A stretch of DNA of 64,000 nucleotides from Tubiluchus corallicola (Eukaryota; Animalia; Priapulida): positions 187,258-251,257 of the forward strand of contig JAQGDQ010000101.1 in assembly GCA_030141605.1 (NCBI GenBank), written 5' to 3'. Numbering within the stretch: position 1 is the stretch's first letter; every line of letters starts with the position of its first letter. Shown piece after piece: positions 23,880-36,569 of the stretch. Made by a program: the position numbers and the translations under genes. Under the pieces are notes generated by a model that worked only from the letters and a program-made list of their open reading frames with translations, was not told the origin of the DNA and ran no database searches.

Positions 23880-25071
23880 ATGGAAACAAAAGATGTAAAG
23901 TTTGATCTTGGAGGAGACGGTAAGCTCTAATTTACTGCTACTCTCTTACTCTCATTGGTGATGAATCATCATTTATGAATAAAAAATGGTACAATGATAT
24001 ATTATTATAACACACCATTAGTACAATGTTCATAAGAAACATACTTTTCAAAAATGATAAATGTTTTTGTTTAACTTTATTTGCTTTTAAAGTTACTATA
24101 AAGTTTCTCTCCTCAATGCCGGCAGTGCAGCTCATATAGCACTGACTAGTGGATCATAGTAAACTTAATGTACATAATATAATTATAATATAAACAATTA
24201 AATCTGTTTAAAACTTGAAAAAATATGAAAGAAGACTGGATAAGTGTAAGTTCTTATTTGGCACATTGTATGAAGTTTCCATTTGTTCGTAAGAAAATTG
24301 CAAAAATTGCTCTAACTTGTATGTATTATATGCAATATATGTATTAATGATACAGTTTCTCTATATTTTGTTGGTTGTTCAGTAGAACCCTACTAAGAAA
24401 TATTAAGACAAGATGGCTGAACATTATTTGTGCAAGACGGTCACCTTGAACCTATATTCTTAATTTCAGATGAAGTAGCTTCATCTTTTTCAATTCCTAA
24501 CCCTCAAGTAAATCTGAAAGCTGCAGAGTACTACACAAATCGCAACTTATATTCCACACGCCTTTCCTTTAATGACATGACAAATTTGACATTTAATCAA
24601 CTACAAAAGGAACTGGAAGAAAGTCTTTGTGGTACTGTTGAGCGGAGACGAGTGTCATTTGATGCTTCAGCCGATAAGGCAAGCTCGTCAAGTTCATCTC
24701 GGTCATTACCACCATCAGCTTGTTCTTCAGCTAAGTCCTCACCACAGATGCCAAGACGCTCTAGCGTCAGTGGTCTAGCAGCTAAAACATATGCTAACTC
24801 TAATCAAAGTGCTGAAGAAATGATCGCTTGTGATACACAATCTGCACCGCCGAGTCCTTCTGCATCTGCAGCCAAACTGGCATGGTTTAGTTTCTCAGTG
24901 AAGCAAACAGAAGAGGAAAAAGGTGAACACACACTACTCTCATCGTTGGGAAGTAAAATACGAGCTGTAAATGAATCACTTGCTCACAATCGAGTGGTAG
25001 AAAATATGCATCGAAGACAATACAAAATAACAGATGATGATTTAAACATTCTTGCTCCAATTTCCATGTGA
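23880..25071 (+). CDS. Uncharacterised two-exon Ser-rich protein (~213 aa)
   Basis: Exon 23880-23919 (METKDVKFDLGGD, G|gtaag) joins in phase to 24470-25071 (tttcag|AT GAA..), ending DDLNILAPISM*. Confidence 0.75.
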
Positions 25072-27046
25072 TATTCTTGAAATTAATGAGTCTCATTTTA
25101 TCTGGTATCTTGATAGCTGTTTATGTGGAGTTTAATAGTATTTATGCACTAGCACATCACAGCTGCATAATTTACCACCTTTAACGATTAATAATTCTAA
25201 TACAGGGATAATTATACAACATGTATATACTATGCTTTCAGAGTCCATGTTTTCATCACAGCATTCACATCCGCTTGTAGGCTTCTTACTGTACAGTGAA
25301 TATTTTACCCTTTCATGGTAAATTTGAATTGTTTTACATTTTTACTGCGCCACTTTTATAAAAATGAGAAAACGTATATAAAACAGAACTAACTTTTTCC
25401 GTAATACTTACTACCACCACAAAGTAGTCGTAGGCTAAACTTAGTTCTATGTAATGTAAGCAACTGAATGTAGGCCACATAGTATAATTAGTAGAGTTCG
25501 TTCTGCCAGTGTGAACTTTTCAGGTAACAGAAAGGAAAACAAAAAAAATACAAAAGGTTACTCACTACTATAACTCATTTTTTCTCTTGCCCGAAAATCA
25601 TTCACAGTGGTCAAGTGAAACATGTAACTTTCAATCTCTTTATTCTAGGGATTTTTTGTTAATTTTTCTAATTCTTATCCTTAAGAATTATTGCTTTGTT
25701 GCCATGTTACATAATGAACATAATTTAACTGAGCATATAGCAGCTTGTGTATGTCCTGCATAAACATTTACCGGTGAAATCTAGTCATTGATTTTTTTAA
25801 GTATTGTAGTAAAATGATTGTAGTTTTTGCATTAGGATGTAGTCACACTTCAAAATGCTAAAAATAAGTTAAGTGTTAACAGCAAAAGCATTTTTATTAT
25901 AGCAGGCCTACTGTGTATTAGACTGGTTAACATATGCAGCTATTTGGTACTTTGTTCAGATTCAATTTAAGTGGGTATCAGCTTTACAAGCACTGTTTTT
26001 CAGGATTACCAAATGTGGAATGTATACCTAAATGTGTTATTTTATTTATGTACCACAATTTAACCTTAAATGTTTTAAAAGTCTCTTACCAAGTGTTGTT
26101 CCTTATGGAGGATGATACAGAATGATTACTCAAAATGTTACCAATAGACACATTGTGTTTTCATAGTTTCAGTGTAATTTATTCATTATTTTAGGTTTTT
26201 GTTGAATATATAATGATTACTCAAAAAACTACCAAAAGACACATTCTGTTTTCTTTGTTTCAATGTAAGTAAAATCTTGTTTTTTTTGTTGAGTTTACCT
26301 ATATAGTATATACCTATTGTCCTGAATTTCACTGTTCTTATCACTGTCGTTTACCAAATAAATTTTCAACCATCCAAACTCCATCTTTTGTAAATTTCAC
26401 CCTTCCTTCATCCTCTCGCCCTAAGCGGAAGAATGAACAGTATCAATAATTTTTATATTGAATCTTATCTAATTGGGACATGACATTAAGCTTTCCATCA
26501 GTTTGTTACAATACACAATTATGTATCTCAAAAGAACAGTAATTACAAATTTTACACCAGTGATACAAAAAAATGATGCAGCCATTTGGAGCAAATGGAA
26601 ATGCACAACCCACTTCAATGAAATTCCAATACCAAAAATTCTGAGTAAATACGCAGTCGGAATAAAAACCTGGGGATGCCAATCAGTCAACTATTGACAA
26701 GAATTGACAGTGCATGTAAAAGAAATAAAATTAAAAACTGGGCATAAAATACGAAATAAGAAGTTAAAATAAATATTTAAATAAGTTTAAAAGTATCAGC
26801 TAAGTAAACCACCGATAAAGGATGCCTGCCTCATGTTACTGGGGAAGAAGCACCTACGAACTAACTTACCAAATAGGAGTAGCAGTTCCTCTCAAATGCA
26901 ACACTTCCTGCTTTTTCCCTCTCATGTTTGCTAGACGCAGTCTCGCTGATTTTCAGTTTTCTCGCAAAAGTGCTAGCTGAGGTCTTTTAATCACAATCTC
27001 CAAAGTTTTTCTTCGTTTAAGGGCAGCCATTTGTTTATACCGATAT

Positions 27047-27061
27047 TAGCGCCACCTAGCG
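27047..27061 (-). promoter_or_regulatory. CTCF-like site beside a YY1-like motif
   Basis: Minus strand CGCTAGGTGGCGCTA fits the CTCF core consensus; AAATGGCTGC lies at 27023-27032. Motif match only. Confidence 0.45.
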
Positions 27062-28886
27062 AAGAAAACGGATAGCACACAGCAGTAAATCATACATGCG
27101 TTAAATTAGCCGATAGCTTTTGGAGTGGGGTGACTAAGCTTAATTTGCTATTACATTTTGTGATACATAAGTCACCCGTCCGACCCCGTGCCTAAAAAAA
27201 CTTTTCTGCCAGGAAACGTTTTGGAAATAATCAATCATCTTACCAATTAGTAGTGAGGTGTCAGTTTGTTTTTACACTAATTGTTTGCATTAAACCCTTA
27301 GCATAGTTATAAAAAATATTGAGGAAGAGTTTCTAATAAGGTAAAATTATTTTGCTAAACATCACAGTATAGTAACAAATTCAATGATTCCATGTGTGCT
27401 TGGTGTACGCATTATATAAACTATTATTTATAACTGTAATAAAATTTATTAAAATCAAAGCCCAGCTTCTTGTATCTTTCTGGGGTTATAAATATGTGGC
27501 TCTCTGCTGCAACACCCCCAAGTGCGAGCAGACTCTGTTTCACAAGATTTTATTTTTCATTCTAATCACCGAGCTTTCAAATGAGTGTGAGAGCATTTTT
27601 TCGGCTAACCCTTTCCTAGAAGTTCTGCTTCTTTAGTGGATGTTGATCATAAGTCCAGTATCCTAACATGCTATGTTAGATTTTGGTTCTGTATTGAGCC
27701 CTGTTGGTTCTACGTTTTCATAGTTTATTCCATTTGAGGCATACATTTTGATTACACCTTCTGTTTGAATACCCTAATCACATGTTGTTTTAATCGAGAC
27801 AATTTCCGGTAGTACTATTACATGTTGTCAGCAAATGGGTTGTCTAACACAGAGAGATCAATACTGGTGCACTCTGCACAAAATTCTCAAAATACTGTAC
27901 TGAGACTGTGTTCACTGTGTATTTGGATAGCTTATAGCTTGGTAGTTTGTAACCATAGCTTGGTGTTCACACAATGCTTTAAATTTAGAGGAATTTAATT
28001 TCATATTATTGAATTGGGCCCATTCCAGTACTTGTGTGGTTGCAGTCTAACTGATAGGTTTACCAGGCCCATAGATTTTCAATTTGTTAAGTTTACCAGG
28101 GCCACAAATGTCAAAGAGGGTTGTATCGGCAACATACTTGATATCTGTACATACGGTTATACAGTTCATTTAGCATAGCAATAAATAATTTGGTAGAGTT
28201 GATAGTGCCTTGAGGCACAGCACCATTAATTGTGCTCCACAGCGAACATTTTTGACCATTTTTTGTTTCCTTGATTGCAAGAATGATATAAACCAGTTTA
28301 GTATTATATTAGAAACACCTATCTGTTTCAGCTTACTTCCAGAACTGTTCTAGAAAAGTATTCTATGATCGATGCTATCAAACGCTTTGGCAAAGTCTAA
28401 CAAGAGGATTCTGTTAATATGACCTAGTTATTGGCAGTTGACCAAAAAATACTTTTCACGATATTTTAGATTGCTTGCCCTATAATAAAAAAATAAATGT
28501 ATATAATGATTCTAACTGATTTTAACAACTATTTGAAACGATAAAATTTTTAGCCTAAACTTCCGTATGTAATAAATGGATTACATTAAGATGAGACGCA
28601 GTACATATTCACAATTAAACATGATACCAAATATGAAAAATGGGCAATGAGAAAAAGTTTGAATGCAGCCTGAATTTGAACCAGGGACCTTCTGCAGATG
28701 TTTTAGCCACTTTAGTTGCCGAAACTTGTTATTAATTTAATCATTTACCTGCAGTACAACACAACATTGCATGATTGTTCTGATCCGTATCTCTGGTCAT
28801 GTTCACGTGTTTCCTAAGAAAATGTCAAAGACACTAAAAAGAAAAAGAAGACTAACCCTGATTCCTGTCGTGCAGCCCTTTATGCG

Positions 28887-28900
28887 GTCTTTCCGTCAAC
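28887..28900 (+). promoter_or_regulatory. TCT / 5'TOP initiator of RPL13A
   Basis: GTCTTTCC just before the ATG at 28901, typical of ribosomal-protein promoters; E-box CACGTG at 28804-28809. Confidence 0.75.
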
Positions 28901-31900
28901 ATGGGCTTTAGCGAAAAGGTAGTATTTTCTTTTTTGCCTTTTTCGAATACTTTTGCTGATACTTTATTACATGTGAAGGGGAGAAGCAAACCTTTACAAT
29001 ATTTTATAGAAAGCGTTGTTGAAAGAAATCGACTTAATCTGTTTTATTGTCTTCCTTGTGGAAATAATCTTGTATAAATGCAGCAAACTATAATCCATCA
29101 TCAACTTTCCCAAATTTACGTAATGCACTGTTAAATTTAATTTTAATCTACTTGTATTATAAGATTCACAATTTTAGTTTTGAACTTTTAAGAAAACAAT
29201 TATTAATTCTTTGAATCCAACCCAAATTGTAGTTAATTGAATATTCATTATTGCTGCCTTGCCAGGTCAGTGTATGCTTCCACACATACAGGAAGCAAGC
29301 TGATACACCTGTGACCTAGGCTGTGTATAATGCGTGTAATAATTTTGCAGTGATTTTTTATCTAAAGTATTTTACATATTGAAATGAAAATGCAAAATTT
29401 TTACTTCAATAGAAAAGTATTTCAAATATAATATTTTCCTCATATTAAATACAAAGGTTTTGAATATATTATTGTAGCATTATTTTAGTTTAAGAATCAC
29501 TTTCATTCATACCCCCTCCTCCTCAACCCATAGTCTAACTCTACTTTAAATGGTTATCATGGCTACATTATTACCAGTAGTTGTATAATTTATATTTAGC
29601 ATGCAGTAATGCAATGATCAAGTCTCTTCTATGTCTCCTCATCTCTAAGGTTGTAAAGTGAGCAATTTTCTAAGCCTCTCTTGTTATGATATTTCCTCCA
29701 TACCTTTAGTATTGCTGGTATGTTGCATACCGTCTAGAAGCTTAATGTCTTTTCTATAGTGTGGATTTTATTCTTTTGTATACAGTACTCTAATTTGGGT
29801 CTTACTAAGCCTTTGCACAATTTCATGATTGCTGTAATGTCTCTGCATGCAAGCTGTCTACTTATCATTTCTAATATTTGATTTGCGCTCTTCAGTGCAC
29901 TGGCTTGCAGATTTCAGATCATAAGTTATTTTCGCATCCCAATCCTTTTCTTTCACTTGTTTTTATATTTACATTTCACTACTATCATATTCAGTTTTAT
30001 GTGAAATAGACCCATTATCATTTTCTGATTACCTACAAAAGAATACTTTTATATTTCCGTTCTGTGTTTTCCAAAAATCTTAATTTGGTACTTTTTATTA
30101 TAAATTCATTCTTTTGTCTTTCTGCTATTGACATTTCATAATTGTTTTAACCATTTTTCTAATTTCCCAGAAAGCTATCATGTTGGATATGTACTTTGCA
30201 CAATTAGTACCAGATAGACCAGACGGGTTGGTAGTGTGTTTTTCCACACTATCAGATAGGCTAGTGGTGGTGTGTCAGCTTTCCTTCTGAGAGGGCATGA
30301 GCTTGATACTGTGGCCGGTTCATACTAAAGACTTAAAAATGGTACCTGCTGTTAGCCTGGTGCATAGTATTTAGAGTAAAAGTGGGATAATAATAATCTG
30401 TGTTATGAAGTTTGTAGTATTGTTATTTACACAACATGCTAAAAGCTCTTTGAGCTTATGTTAAATGGTCATCCAAAAGCTGACTTTAAATAAAAATTAT
30501 TGTTATTATTATCATTATTATTATTATTATAGTAAATCAGCTTAAAGATGCGCCTGCTTTATGCTGTATCTTTCTTGGCATTGGGTGCCAACGTGCTACT
30601 CACAACAGCAAGTATTCTCTTAACGGCATTTTGCTTAACGAGGCTGTGTTTTTGACACTCACCCAATGACGCACATCTCAGTTTAATAATGACTTTTTGC
30701 CTTACTTTGAGCACGGGACTTTATATAAAAAATTGCATTTTATAAAAAATTCCAGTACTGGCCCAATTCACCATTATAGTTTGTCTTAGCTTTTGATAGC
30801 AGGCAATCACATGCAGGCATAGTGCGAGATACACATTGCTAACTCTTTCCAACGCACAAATTCTCTGATATGTACAAAATTGCTGGCTTAAATGCTCACT
30901 CTCATTTGCATAAATTTTCATTTCGATAAATCACTTGAACTATTCTTTCAAGATTGTAGTGTTAAACAGAAAGGAAAATCTGTAAAATAGAAGCAAAATT
31001 AGATATTTGAGAGAAAAAAGAAAGTAGTAGAAATTGGTCTTGCGATATCTACATGAAAATTGTATACACGCACCTTCTTTTGTGTAATTACTATTTAGAA
31101 TTATTGATGTGTAATAGTAACCTTAATTATTACTAGACTTATGCTAATTGTTATTACATTATTTTCAGCCTCTTTTGATTGACGCTCGGGCCCATTTATT
31201 AGGCCGATTAGCTTCGATAGTTGCAAAAACCATTTTGACAGGTGAGTAGACAGTTTTCTGGAGGTTTTCTGCATGGCTTATTGGATACACTTGGTGTATT
31301 GATATCTCTTGGTCTAACTGTTTTATAACAATAATTAATTGTATTTCTAAATTAGTGTTCTTTTGTATGTTTTTGTAAGCCATCTTGACTTGCAGTCAGG
31401 TATATACAATTTGGCATAAAACTGAACTCACACTGCTAACTGCTTGTTCTCAGCAGGGTTTTGACTTTAAAGCTTTCAGAGTTCTCACTTCTTTATTTTG
31501 TTTTTTTTACTGAGAAATTAGTGAAACAATATAAATTCTATCTACTAAACGTCCTGGGTTACTTTGAGTTGTTTTTATCACAAATTATGTTTTAGCTTAT
31601 TTTCTGATATTTGTCTTATAGGTCAAAGAGTTGTCGTCGTACGATGTGAAGGGATAAATATTTCTGGTAGCTTTTACCGGAACAAACGTAAGAATCCCTT
31701 GAATATTATTAATTAATTTGTCATTTGAAAGTCTTAGAAATAAAATGGCTGCAACAGTCAAGTGAAAATATCATCATTTGTTGAAGAAAAGCATCAATCA
31801 ATTTGTACGTTTCAGTATTTTACCAATGCCATTCAGCAAAAATATGTCGGACCTAAATACAAATGGTCTAATGGTTAAATTATCAGACTAATGCGAAACA

Positions 31901-34900
31901 AGTAACACTATTTATTTGTAATTTTGACTAAAAAAAGAATTTCAATTCTTGCAATTACTATTTCTGTCTATTATTTATATTATATTTGGGGCTGAAATAT
32001 TTTTGTTGATGGTGGCATAAGTAATATGTCGAAACATACAAACACTGTGTTGCTAATCTTGAATGCTGATAGTCTAAGTGGCTGTTGTGTCATCGTTTTA
32101 TTTTTGGTAATTAATTATTGTCATCTAGAACTTTAGCATCTTCTGAATGGGTTGATAGAATCAAGTAGATTTTTCTTAGTCACTTCTGTTAACTTAGTAT
32201 TTCACTGGTTGTACAACCTAGTAAAATCATCAGTCACTTTTGTTAGTTTGGTAAAGTTATCTAGGTTTATTACATTTCTATTAATTTATAAGACAACCTA
32301 TGGCCTTAGTCCCACCGTTTATTTCAATAAAATTCGATGTGAGTGTTTGTGAATAATTGTGTTATTAAGTAGTAATAAGTACTCTGGTCTTCTGAACCTA
32401 TTCTTTGAAACACAATCAGTAACACATTCCTGCTTTATAAATAAATCTACAGAGGCAAAAACTTTAACTTTCTTCTTTCGTTTTTATTAACTGCCAGTTT
32501 ATGTTTATTCAAAATGTTTAAATATGACTATCTGTGATAATGATGACAGTACAAGTTCCTTACCTACTTTGTCTGATTTTAGATGAATGTGAACACTTGT
32601 CTGAATCACAATGACAATATTTCTTATTTTTTCTTATAATATGGTTTTCTGAACAAAAGAAAATGAAGCAGTTCCTAGGGTTATAGTTTAATGTGCTACA
32701 TTTTGTGTTATGACACTACTACATCTTGTGGATTTTCTCTTATGCAGTGAAATATCTTGCGTTCTTGAAAAAGCGTTGCAATGTCAAGCCATCTCGTGGT
32801 CCATTCCACTTCAGGGCTCCAAGTAAAATATTTTGGAGAACTGTAAGGGGTAAGTTAACAATGAAAGTACTAATACAGTCGTTCTTTGTTATAACGCCCT
32901 CCTTTATGATGCAATCCTTGCTTAATGCCCATATTTTTAACAAAACAAAATGTCTATATTTGCATAGACGTGTGTATTAATGCACTTCTTTATAATGCCA
33001 AACTCATTATCGTTATTTTGCTGTTCCCGAAGTAGGCAGTATAAAAAGATTTGACAGCAGTTCATAAATCAGCAAAACAGAATTTATAATAATAATAATG
33101 ATCATTTTAATGTAAACTGTGATTATATCGCATTTTAGGGAAATGATATGTTAATTTCACATTTTTCAAATCAATTTTCTCGTGTTCGTGATGACAGTAC
33201 AACACCCTTACCTACTTTGTCTGAATTTAGGTGAATGTTTACACTTGTCTGAATCACACTGATAGTGCTTTCATAACAAAACAGTTTTCGTTGGCCAGTT
33301 AATGCATATGTCATTTTAGGTAATATTAGTGAGTACATGCATGAATGAGCACAGTTCATGTACAAGAACTTGAAGATTTTCAAACTTTAGAAATGCGCGC
33401 TTCTAATAAAAAATGATACATTGTTTTTAATGGCAGTTTTTGTAGCTTAAGAAGATTCCCAGTTTGGTGCCTTCTAATGGTTTCGCATCTGTAAAAAATG
33501 GGCTTGAGTATGATTTTCACATTTATAATTTATTTGGAGTCTAGTGCTTCTGTATAACACCTGAAAATGACATCCAATAAAACATGAAGACCTTTATTAA
33601 TTTATAAGATACATACTTGCAGGTATGATTCCACACAAGACCAAGAGAGGCGCAGCCGCATTAGAAAGATTAAAAGTTTTTGACGGTATTCCTCCACCCT
33701 ATGATAAAAAGAAGAGAATGGTGGTTCCCGCTGCCTTGAGAGTTAACAAACTTAAACAGCGAAGAAAGGTTGGTCAGGCATTAGATCAGTGTTTTTGCGT
33801 TAATTAAAAGCACAAGAAAACCCTCCACTTACGTAAGGCTTAAAAATTGGTCTTTATATTACTTCTATTCTGTCTTATTGCAAACAGGGCTTGCATCGGC
33901 AGCAATGCTGCATAAAAGTTGTAAATTCAAACACCCGCGTTGACTGTTAGACACAGCCATTTTAGACGACAAGTTATTTGAAATAAGTTTAGATAAAACT
34001 GAGTGAGTTTGAAAAAATAATCATAGCATTCGTAGCACACGTCACTAAAGTAAAATTTTAAATTACTGTATCTTGTCAGTAAGATTAAAAATGCATTTTT
34101 TTGGTTAGTGAGTGGCATACCGTGAAGGTGAGCAACGACATTTGACCAATGGGTGAAAACATTTAAATAATAAATAATTTTCTTTTTTAGTTATGTAAAG
34201 TAGGAAACATTTGAAGCAGGTAAGCGAAATGCTAAGTAATATAACTTTGCATTAGAATTTTTTTGGACATAGTTTAACAATTCCTTTTCTTCCCCTGATT
34301 TACGTTGTGTGTACATGACGTCATGTAATGGCACAATCGGAACAGTATTCCAGGAGATGTAAAATGAAAACAAACAAAATATCCTTTCAATGCGAGTAAG
34401 ATATACTCATAAAATTACCATAAGTAATGTAATTTTTTGAGCGACTTTTCTGAAACCTACTTTAGGTACCCTTTTCCTTGCCCTTCAAAGGCCTTTGTAA
34501 CCCCAACATTGAAGTTTTTTCAAAACATTACACAATGAATTCAATAGTTATTATTAAACAAAAGAAACTTTTATAAACTAAATGTCTTGCCGTTTTCTGT
34601 CGAGATCACCATGTTTCACATCTTTGGGATGAGTGAGGGAGAATAATACACGTAGTACAGAAAGCGTCTTTGGCGACCTCGTGATTGTACTCATAATGTC
34701 ATTCTTCTCACACAATGAAAAATGGTGGTTCTTCAAATTTAACTCCGCTAACAACGAAGTGATAAAAAATCAAAAGAAACAAGTTTTACGGTAAGTAGAA
34801 TAAATAATGAAATGAATATTCATTAGTAGAGTAGGATTTTGATTTGTAAAAGCTTATATTATAGTGAGGGTTTACTTTGGCTTTAAGTAATTTAAGTTGT

Positions 34901-36569
34901 TGCCAGTGATGATACAGCTTCACCAACATTGACGTTGCCACGGATACGGCATATGAAAATGTTATACATGCACTATTACCTGAGGCAGCAAAAACATTTC
35001 AACTCGAGTCAATAATTTGTACTTGGACTACTTTCTTGAGCGTAATTAAAATGAACGATTGGTGGTGGACCACACATTTCTGTGCAGTCTCTCAATAACT
35101 CGAAAAAATGAGTATCAAGTCTAATTTTGAGAAATAATATTTGAAGGCATGACCCTGCAGGTTGCACATAGACTATATCACATGTACTGGGTTTTAAAGA
35201 AATTATTCAACAGTAACAGTAAGTAAAGGCATTACAGAGTTTTTTGTTTCCAGTACTGTATGGTATATGAAGTTTTTAACTACAAGTCTATTTTAGCCAG
35301 CTAATTTGATTTTCTTTTGTGCTGTTTGGCAATTATAATGCAGTGGTTTTGTGTGCGCATTTGCCTGTAATTTTTCCATTTAAATTAAGTTTAAACAACT
35401 GAGGTGTTAGTTAACCGAAACACTGAATTACGTCGTTTTGTGTCTGCCAAACTTACTGTACATTAATGTTTCAGTTTTGTGTGTTGGGCCGCTTGTCTCA
35501 TGAGGTTGGTTGGAAGTACCAAGATGTGATCAGTGCATTAGAAGCAAAGCGGAAAGCTAAATCGAATGCTTTCTATGAGAAAAAAAAGTTGCAAAATGTA
35601 AGTGACAAAAAGAAGTTAGGACATTAAAATATCTCGCTGTATTTTGTTGTGTGAAAGTGTAAAATAATAGTATTTTGACAGTACTGATATCTTCGGCTTT
35701 GACATTAAATGGTATGTGGATCATATAAATTATCAAAATCAGTTTTTTGACTGAATGAAAGGCTTTTTGTACGTATCGTTTTTTTAAGAAATGATACAAA
35801 ACCGGAATATTTTGGTTTCTTTTCCACATACATTTTACACAACTATTTTATTTCTTTCAAGGTATCCTCATGAATTATTTGGTTAATAGAACTAGCATTT
35901 TTGTGCTATTTCCACAATTTTTGATATACAGTTTTTTGATTATCATACCTTGGATAATAAGTACATGTTTAAATACTAAGCTGAAAAGTGAAATACTTGC
36001 AATGTGACATCCGTACTTATAATCCATCAAATTCCGCAACATTATAAAGGGTTAAACATTTGCTTATTTTTGCTAAATCGATTCATAGCTTTTGTAAGAT
36101 CCGGAACTATGTCAAAAAATTGTTATGTTTTGGTCATGATTGATAAATGAATTACCATGTAATAAAGTGCCAATTTTAGCTCGGTGTTTATCTCATTAAT
36201 ATTAAGTGGGAAAAAGTTTGAATCATACGATTTAATAAGCGTTGCTCGAGCCCTCCTCTACTCCCAGCATATGCAACAGACATTCAAGCTTGAGTGTTTA
36301 ACATCTTCAATGCAAATACGGCTCATTGCCTGTGATGAACATTTTTAATTTCTTATTGAGAAGCAATGTGAAAACCATAACATGCATCACCAACTGAGGC
36401 AAAAATGTCGTATTTGCGTCTTTGGCTTAGAAACTAAACCTGATAAACAACTTGCTACTAAAATGTTGTTCGTGTTTGTTTCCAGAAAATTAGAGAACAG
36501 GCAATCAAGAATGTGGAAACTCAGATTGCGCCGTATCAGAAAATCATAGAGGATTATGGCTGTCGCTAG
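28901..36569 (+). CDS. RPL13A: 60S ribosomal protein L13a (uL13), complete, 203 aa
   Basis: Exons 28901-28918, 31169-31241, 31622-31687, 32748-32849, 33623-33768, 35475-35597 and 36486-36569 total 612 nt: [98 protein letters not shown]. Confidence 0.98.
29612..29950 (-). mobile_element. Degraded CR1/L2-type LINE RT C-terminal fragment (RPL13A intron 1)
   Basis: Frameshifted translation [50 protein letters not shown] matches the CR1 LVRPxLEY..DIxxLE..RRxRxDL pattern. Confidence 0.8.
30220..30530 (+). mobile_element. Degraded SINE with a Meta-domain-like core and (ATT)n tail
   Basis: CCGGTTCATACTAAAGACTTAAAAATGGTACCTGCTG resembles the MetaSINE central domain as recalled; simple-repeat tail near 30497-30530. 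Confidence 0.5.
32533..32610 (+). ncRNA. SNORD34: Box C/D snoRNA, U34/SNORD34-like, copy 1 (RPL13A intron 3)
   Basis: Stem TGTGAT/ATCACA; box C ATGATGA 32540; guide CCTTACCTACTTTGT plus D' CTGA 32573; D CTGA 32601; antisense to the 28S ACAAnGUAGGUAAGG region; RPL13A hosts U34 in vertebrates. Confidence 0.85.
33182..33259 (+). ncRNA. SNORD34: Box C/D snoRNA, U34-like, copy 2 (RPL13A intron 4)
   Basis: Box C GTGATGA 33188; guide CCCTTACCTACTTTGT plus CTGA 33221; ACACTTGT-CTGA 33249; boxes and guide conserved with copy 1 while flanks differ. Confidence 0.85.
34897..34991 (+). ncRNA. SNORD33: Box C/D snoRNA, U33/SNORD33-like, with a second antisense element (RPL13A intron 5)
   Basis: Stem TTGTTGCC/GGCAGCAA; box C GTGATGA 34906; D' TTGA 34929; guide CATGCACTATTAC plus D CTGA 34980, antisense (with G-U pairs) to 18S GUGGUGGUGCAUG, +5 base opposite the Um1326 equivalent. 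Confidence 0.83.
36326..36402 (+). ncRNA. SNORD33: Box C/D snoRNA, U33-like, copy 2 (RPL13A intron 6)
   Basis: Stem TTGCC/GGCAA; box C GTGATGA 36332; guide CATGCATCACCAA plus CTGA 36394; ends ~83 nt upstream of the 3' splice site. Confidence 0.83.
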
